11,749 nucleotides of DNA from Campylobacterales bacterium (GTDB taxonomy: Bacteria; Campylobacterota; Campylobacteria; Campylobacterales; Sulfurimonadaceae): positions 1-11,749 of the forward strand of contig JBBRBK010000060.1 of the NCBI GenBank assembly GCA_038205935.1. Direction: 5' to 3'. Each line of letters opens with the position of its first letter. Within the stretch, counting starts at the first letter, position 1. The position numbers and the translations under genes are program-made. The notes under the pieces were generated by a model. That model made no database searches, had not been told where the DNA came from, and saw nothing but the letters and a program-made list of their open reading frames with translations. This document shows positions 7,194-11,749 of this stretch, piece after piece.

Positions 7194-8852
7194 CTAAAGT
7201 TGTTTTGTAATTCCGACTGGAAGGAGTGTAATTTTATCGCCATCGACTTGAAGATGGAACTCTTCGTATTGTTTTGGCAAGGTTTTATAAACGATCTCAT
7301 CGCTGTTTGGCAAAATAAACTTGATCATATTCAAGCCATTGAGAGGATTTTTTATTGTTATTGTTGCGTTGAGTGCAGAGTTCTTGATGAATTCTTTTTT
7401 GAGTTTGAGTTCTTGGATTTGAACTTCAATAGTTTTTACGTTAGTACCATTTCTTTTGATCTCTTCTTCGAGTTTAAATTTCAGATCATCGATATCCGCT
7501 TCAATAAGGCTTAGTTCACTGGTAATAACCGGTATTCTTGAATAGTCGATGATAAAATGGTTATCTTCGCCACTGACAAGTCTGATGGTGATAGAGTTTG
7601 AAGCATAAACGATAAGATGATTTTTTACATGATCAATAACAATATCTTTAGCAAAGATACTGCCTCCAAGGCAAGTGCCAATTTCTGCGTAAGATGCATG
7701 TATTTTGCCGCCCTCAAGCGAGGTGACTTTCGCTCTGTTACATCGAAGTGTTCCTTTATGTCTATTGATAATTGCATTTTTTGCAAAGATCATAGAATCC
7801 ATATGTGTTGCCCCATCCACAGTAATATCCGTAGCTTCTAAAAGGGAATGTGCTCCAGTATGTCCACTTACATGTATACGTTCTGAGATGAGCTTCACAC
7901 CCTCTCCAATACTGTCTTTGGTAATATCATTTTGTGAGATATATACTTCTATATCGTTATCTTCTGTATCAGTAATTTTGGATTGGATGCGGTTTATTTT
8001 GTCTACTTTAACGACATTACCAACCGAGATAGTATTGTCATGATAATCTACAAAACCTCGCTTTTTACTTTTAAGGATGAGCATATTTTCTTTTTCGATT
8101 ACCTCTATAGACTCTTCATCTACCTTGAGAGCCATGCTTTTTGTATCAAGTTCGCCATGTTCTATTTGTTTTCCATAGCAGTTAAATCCATTGCATCCAT
8201 AAACTGGTTTTCTGTACTCCACGATGAGTTCATCTATATCTACTTCAAAGAGTTGATGCTCTTGAGAGCTTTTATTCTTAAAAATAAGATTGAGATGGCT
8301 TTGGGTTGAAAGTTCAGGTTCAATTCCTTCAAAAAGTAAGATTTGAATAGGTTTGAGAAATTTCCCCATATATAAATATCTGACAAATTTTTTAAGATCT
8401 TCAAGCATCTCATTGTTGTGAAAATTTATCAGTATTCTCTCTTTGACTTTGATTTTATTGATTTCACTGATAAGAAGTTTGTAGATTTCTACAGGTTTCA
8501 TACTCTTATATGGAAGATGAGAATTAGGTAAAATAATAAGCTTCGGATGGGTTTTAAATTCATCATATTTGACAACGTATTCAAGCTTTATGGTGCACGC
8601 TAAAATTTTGAAAAGTTCAACTTTGTAGACTTGATTGAGATTGATTTTGTCTGCAATCACATTATCTATATGATAAGAGTACTGCTCATAAAGTTCATCT
8701 GATATTTTAGTATAAGATTCTTCGTCAGCATATTTTATATAGGTAACAACACCAAGTAAATTGAAATCACAACTATCCAAGGGCGTATAGGTATTTGTAG
8801 CATACTCTTTTAAGAGTGAATCTATATTCCTAGTCAGCACATATTTTTTCAT
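7194..8852 (-). CDS. Flagellar assembly protein A (FapA / DUF342)-like protein
   Basis: 552 aa with EYRKPVYGCNGFNCYGK, LKSKKRGFV, a beta-helix-like repeat region (DSIGEGVKL...IHVSGHTG...VDGATH...LEGGKIHA...CLGGSIFAKDI) and a late coiled coil. This matches the architecture of Campylobacterota DUF342 proteins as I recall it. Confidence 0.8.
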   Translation of the reverse strand: MKKYVLTRNIDSLLKEYATNTYTPLDSCDFNLLGVVTYIKYADEESYTKISDELYEQYSYHIDNVIADKINLNQVYKVELFKILACTIKLEYVVKYDEFKTHPKLIILPNSHLPYKSMKPVEIYKLLISEINKIKVKERILINFHNNEMLEDLKKFVRYLYMGKFLKPIQILLFEGIEPELSTQSHLNLIFKNKSSQEHQLFEVDIDELIVEYRKPVYGCNGFNCYGKQIEHGELDTKSMALKVDEESIEVIEKENMLILKSKKRGFVDYHDNTISVGNVVKVDKINRIQSKITDTEDNDIEVYISQNDITKDSIGEGVKLISERIHVSGHTGAHSLLEATDITVDGATHMDSMIFAKNAIINRHKGTLRCNRAKVTSLEGGKIHASYAEIGTCLGGSIFAKDIVIDHVKNHLIVYASNSITIRLVSGEDNHFIIDYSRIPVITSELSLIEADIDDLKFKLEEEIKRNGTNVKTIEVQIQELKLKKEFIKNSALNATITIKNPLNGLNMIKFILPNSDEIVYKTLPKQYEEFHLQVDGDKITLLPVGITKQL

Positions 8853-8869
8853 AGTATTTTTGATGTTTT

Positions 8870-9550
8870 TCAGAATTTTAAGAGATCTGAGTAATCATAT
8901 TTTGCAAAGTCAAGATAGAGTTTTCCATTTTGTTGGATGATTCTTATATCATGGTCTAGGGCATCGAAAAATCTTTTTTTGATAATCTTTCTTTGGTAGC
9001 TTTGTAAATCTAATGATTTGAGATAACTTTTGAGTTCTACATGTGAGAGGGTTTCTTTTTCATGTAAAATGTGCGTTTCTTCCATATCACTAAGCGTTAC
9101 TTCATGAACGGTTGTTGTTTTTTGCTCAAGTGTAAGTTGTTTGTTTATAAGTTCGAGAATATTTTTTAAGTGTTCATCTTTTGTACTATAAACTTGTTCG
9201 ATTCTATCTCTTTCTTCTCGTAACATATTTTCTTTGTCAGTAATAAGTGAGTCTATTTTGTTTTCAAGTTCTCTTATTTTTTGCTTTAAGTGATCGTTCT
9301 CTTTTTTATAAAGCGCTAAGATCATGCCGACAGTTGTTTTCTGTGTCGCAAGATGAGTTTGTTTTTCTTGCTCTTTTTTGTGCTGATGAATCTCTTCTAT
9401 TTTTTCTTCATCAAGAGAGCTTTGCGCGATGATAATAAAGGTTTGTCCATCTTCAATGACATAATTTAGTTTTTTGGATCTGAGTTTAGAATTAATAAGT
9501 TCTTTTGAGATTTTAAACTGTTTGGAATATTCATCAATTGTAAAACGCAT
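8870..9550 (-). CDS. Hypothetical protein with N-terminal MerR/excisionase-like HTH and central coiled coil
   Basis: FTIDEYSKQFKISKELINSKLRSKKLNYVIEDGQTFI (winged-HTH-like) and a heptad region LYKKENDHLKQKIRELENKIDSLI. AAGGA SD overlaps the cyclase stop. Confidence 0.75.
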   Translation of the reverse strand: MRFTIDEYSKQFKISKELINSKLRSKKLNYVIEDGQTFIIIAQSSLDEEKIEEIHQHKKEQEKQTHLATQKTTVGMILALYKKENDHLKQKIRELENKIDSLITDKENMLREERDRIEQVYSTKDEHLKNILELINKQLTLEQKTTTVHEVTLSDMEETHILHEKETLSHVELKSYLKSLDLQSYQRKIIKKRFFDALDHDIRIIQQNGKLYLDFAKYDYSDLLKF

Positions 9551-9558
9551 ATTTTTCC

Positions 9559-10203
9559 TTATTTTAACAAAGAATTGAAATTTATATTCGGCAGATTTAT
9601 TACGCCGGAGTGTCTAAGCCAAACGAGATAAGCAGCTCTGATTTTACCATGTTTGTCTTCAAATTCATGTAAAGAACTTCTTTTTAACTCTCTTTGAATC
9701 ACTAATTCCTCAAAATCAGGATGAGAACTCAAAAATTTTTCAAAAGATTCAAAAGCAGGTATGGAAGTGATAAGTGCTGAAGCAGTGACATTTTTTATTT
9801 GTAGATATCGTGCACAGTCATTAAGCCCATCACCTATATAATTGGTATGTCCCAAAATATCCGTAAACGGATAAACTTCTCCCGTATGAACAGCAACTTT
9901 GATTCCCAAAAATCCTGCGCGACGCTCTACAATGTGTTCTGTAAAATAGATAAAATTCATACCTAAAATAACGCCATAGCCTTTGAGCCTAGGATTTAAA
10001 ATACAGTAAAAGCCATCACCTGTAGGAACGATACCTTCTATCATTCTACTAAAACTCATTTGAGAATTATTTAAAAGTGTTTGCAACATCTTTATATAGC
10101 TCTTTGTAAGATAAGTAATAATATCGAACTGTTGCTGAGATGAATTGTGCGAGAAACCGATGATGTCGATGAGTACGATGTCGGTGTTCATAATTTTTTT
10201 CAA
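9559..10203 (-). CDS. Stand-alone class III nucleotidyl cyclase-fold protein (adenylate/guanylate cyclase domain)
   Basis: IDIIGFS (D13), TGDG (D63), IKVAVHTGEV, G.GLNDCAR (N128/R132) and DKHG. Start is TTG 10203 or ATG 10191. Confidence 0.85.
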   Translation of the reverse strand: MKKIMNTDIVLIDIIGFSHNSSQQQFDIITYLTKSYIKMLQTLLNNSQMSFSRMIEGIVPTGDGFYCILNPRLKGYGVILGMNFIYFTEHIVERRAGFLGIKVAVHTGEVYPFTDILGHTNYIGDGLNDCARYLQIKNVTASALITSIPAFESFEKFLSSHPDFEELVIQRELKRSSLHEFEDKHGKIRAAYLVWLRHSGVINLPNINFNSLLK

Positions 10204-10235
10204 TGCTATATACCAATCTTTCCATAAAGGTCATG

Positions 10236-10270
10236 ATTGTATCAGGAACTATCTTTATTTGAGATATAAT
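10236..10270. promoter_or_regulatory. Back-to-back -10 elements for the cyclase operon and cmoA
   Basis: Minus strand TGATACAAT at 10244-10236 and plus strand TATAAT at 10265-10270. Confidence 0.55.
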
Positions 10271-10345
10271 TTCGCACTAGAATAAACAAGAGAACAGCCT
10301 TAAACAAGCGCCATAAGTACCAATAAAGATAAAAAAGTAGTAGAA

Positions 10346-11056
10346 ATGAAAGATAAAGTATTTGCCAAACCAATAGAGAAACAGTTCGAATTTGATGAAG
10401 AAGTTGCAGCCGTATTTGATGATATGCTTTCTCGCTCTGTACCTTACTATAAAGAAGCGCAGGAGATCGCAAAACACTTTACATGTAAGCATACAAAAGA
10501 GGATTCCATCATCTATGATCTTGGTTGCTCAACTGCTTCTACTCTCTTAAATATTGAAAGAGAGATAGATAAAAAAGGTGTCAGACTCATCGGGATCGAT
10601 AACTCAAAAGCGATGCTCGAACAAGCTAAAAAAAAGATAGATATTTTTAACTCTAAAATTGAACTTTATGAAGGCGATATTTTGGAATTTGAGTATGAAG
10701 AAGCGAGTGTTTTTATCAGTAATTATACGCTGCAGTTTATCCGTCCGCTTGTGAGAGAAAAACTGATAAAAAAGATTTGTGAGAGCTTACATGTAGGCGG
10801 TATATTTATCTTCAGCGAAAAAGTGATTAGTGAACATAAACTTCTAAACAAAGAGATGATAGATTATTATTATGAGTTTAAAAAAGAACAGGGTTATTCG
10901 CAGTATGAGATTATGCAAAAGCGTGAAGCTCTGGAAAATGTACTGATTCCCTATACTGAGTTAGAAAATATCAAGATGGCAACAGGGTGCGGATTTTCTC
11001 ATTGTGAAACCATCTTTAGATGGAATAACTTCGCTACATTCATAGCGATCAAATAA
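10346..11056 (+). CDS. cmoA: Carboxy-S-adenosyl-L-methionine synthase
   Basis: [73 protein letters not shown] and RWNNFAT. Confidence 0.96.
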   Translation: MKDKVFAKPIEKQFEFDEEVAAVFDDMLSRSVPYYKEAQEIAKHFTCKHTKEDSIIYDLGCSTASTLLNIEREIDKKGVRLIGIDNSKAMLEQAKKKIDIFNSKIELYEGDILEFEYEEASVFISNYTLQFIRPLVREKLIKKICESLHVGGIFIFSEKVISEHKLLNKEMIDYYYEFKKEQGYSQYEIMQKREALENVLIPYTELENIKMATGCGFSHCETIFRWNNFATFIAIK

Positions 11057-11065
11057 AAAGCTCTT

Positions 11066-11293
11066 TTACCAGACGTTGCCTTTTGGTTCTTCGAGGGGCT
11101 CTTTTGTTTTAAGAGCATCTTTTATATCTTTAAATTCAATAATATTTTTATCACAGTCTTTGTGATAATACCCCTTAGAGTCATAGTATTCACTGCAATC
11201 ATTATAGTACGTCGCAGATATTCCGCGTTTATTCACACATCCACTCAACATTAAAGCCAAAAAAGCAGGTAAAAAAATCATATATTTAAGCAT
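11066..11293 (-). CDS. Small lipoprotein
   Basis: Signal peptide with lipobox LSGC (Cys19) and two further Cys flanking SEYYDSKGYYHKD. Confidence 0.8.
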   Translation of the reverse strand: MLKYMIFLPAFLALMLSGCVNKRGISATYYNDCSEYYDSKGYYHKDCDKNIIEFKDIKDALKTKEPLEEPKGNVW

Positions 11294-11408
11294 GGAAGAA
11301 TTGTATCCAAAATCTTTTAACCCGTAAATATTTTTTTACTATTATTGAAATGGATATGTTTTTAAATATTTAAGAAAATTATAATGTAACAAGCTGTAAG
11401 CTACGAGA

Positions 11409-11749
11409 ATGAGTCTTCTTTCACCTGATTTTAATATTGCATCACAGAATACATTTTTAAAGCTATTTCCTATTCCTTTTTTTCTTATGAAATGGGGAGT
11501 AGATGAAATAATTACTCAAGATAATTTATTTTTAAACAACATATTAAAAAGAGACTTTCCTTATTTTGAGAAACATTTATTCAATAACAATCTTCTTAGA
11601 AAAGAATTAAAAATCACACTCCAAGAGTTTTATAAAACAGGATTTCCAGAAAAATTGGAAATCGCTCTTTATGATGATGAACTTAATATAAAAATTCTTT
11701 GTATGGCTCTTAGCAAATTTATGATAGATGGTACTGATATGATTGTTGT
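11409..11749 (+). CDS. 5' part of a probable PAS-domain signalling protein, runs off the right edge
   Basis: Manual translation is open to the window end: MSLLSPDFNIASQNTFLKLFPIPFFLMKW...EKLEIALYDDELNIKILCMALSKFMIDGTDMIV. TATAAT at 11380-11385. The PAS call rests on hydrophobic pattern only. Confidence 0.6.
   Translation, partial: MSLLSPDFNIASQNTFLKLFPIPFFLMKWGVDEIITQDNLFLNNILKRDFPYFEKHLFNNNLLRKELKITLQEFYKTGFPEKLEIALYDDELNIKILCMALSKFMIDGTDMIV

Noticed and set aside
1..10203. Cyclase plus TIR as a Pycsar system
   Set aside because: The genes are about 9 kb apart with many housekeeping genes between them, whereas Pycsar pairs are adjacent. The TIR N-terminus also shows no recognisable cNMP-binding domain. 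A trans link cannot be excluded but has no support here.
10191..10225. Upstream ATG at 10225 that would join the cyclase frame if the A7 run (10200-10194) lost one base
   Set aside because: The cyclase domain is complete from TTG 10203, short A-runs are common in this AT-rich DNA, and that ATG has no SD. There is no evidence for phase variation.
7100..10492. Track ORFs 7100-7300, 7200-7514, 7617-7841, 7705-8043, 7983-8309, 9247-9432, 10242-10472 and 10277-10492
   Set aside because: They overlap the FapA-like gene, the coiled-coil gene or cmoA, and have the Phe/Ile/Leu-rich composition typical of shadow frames.

Overview
AT-rich chromosomal window whose gene content and TG-n-TATAAT-type promoters point to a Campylobacterota (Sulfurimonas/Sulfuricurvum-like) bacterium; the taxonomy is inference. 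Housekeeping genes are serS, a MetF-type methylenetetrahydrofolate reductase, serB, an exported cyclophilin, msrB, HU and cmoA. The ORF track misses two edge-truncated genes: a TIR-like nucleotide-binding protein (minus strand, 486 to the left edge) with a perfect inverted repeat over its promoter, and a PAS-like sensor N-terminus (plus strand, 11409 to the right edge). The most interesting block is a minus-strand run. It begins with a stand-alone class III nucleotidyl cyclase that has intact catalytic residues but non-canonical base-selecting residues, followed by an HTH/coiled-coil protein and a FapA/DUF342-like protein. After an AT-rich spacer carrying three related TACn-N6-yGTA palindromes come a probably leaderless XRE-type HTH gene, a coupled 77-aa ORF and HU. 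I saw no tRNA, rRNA, CRISPR array or transposase.
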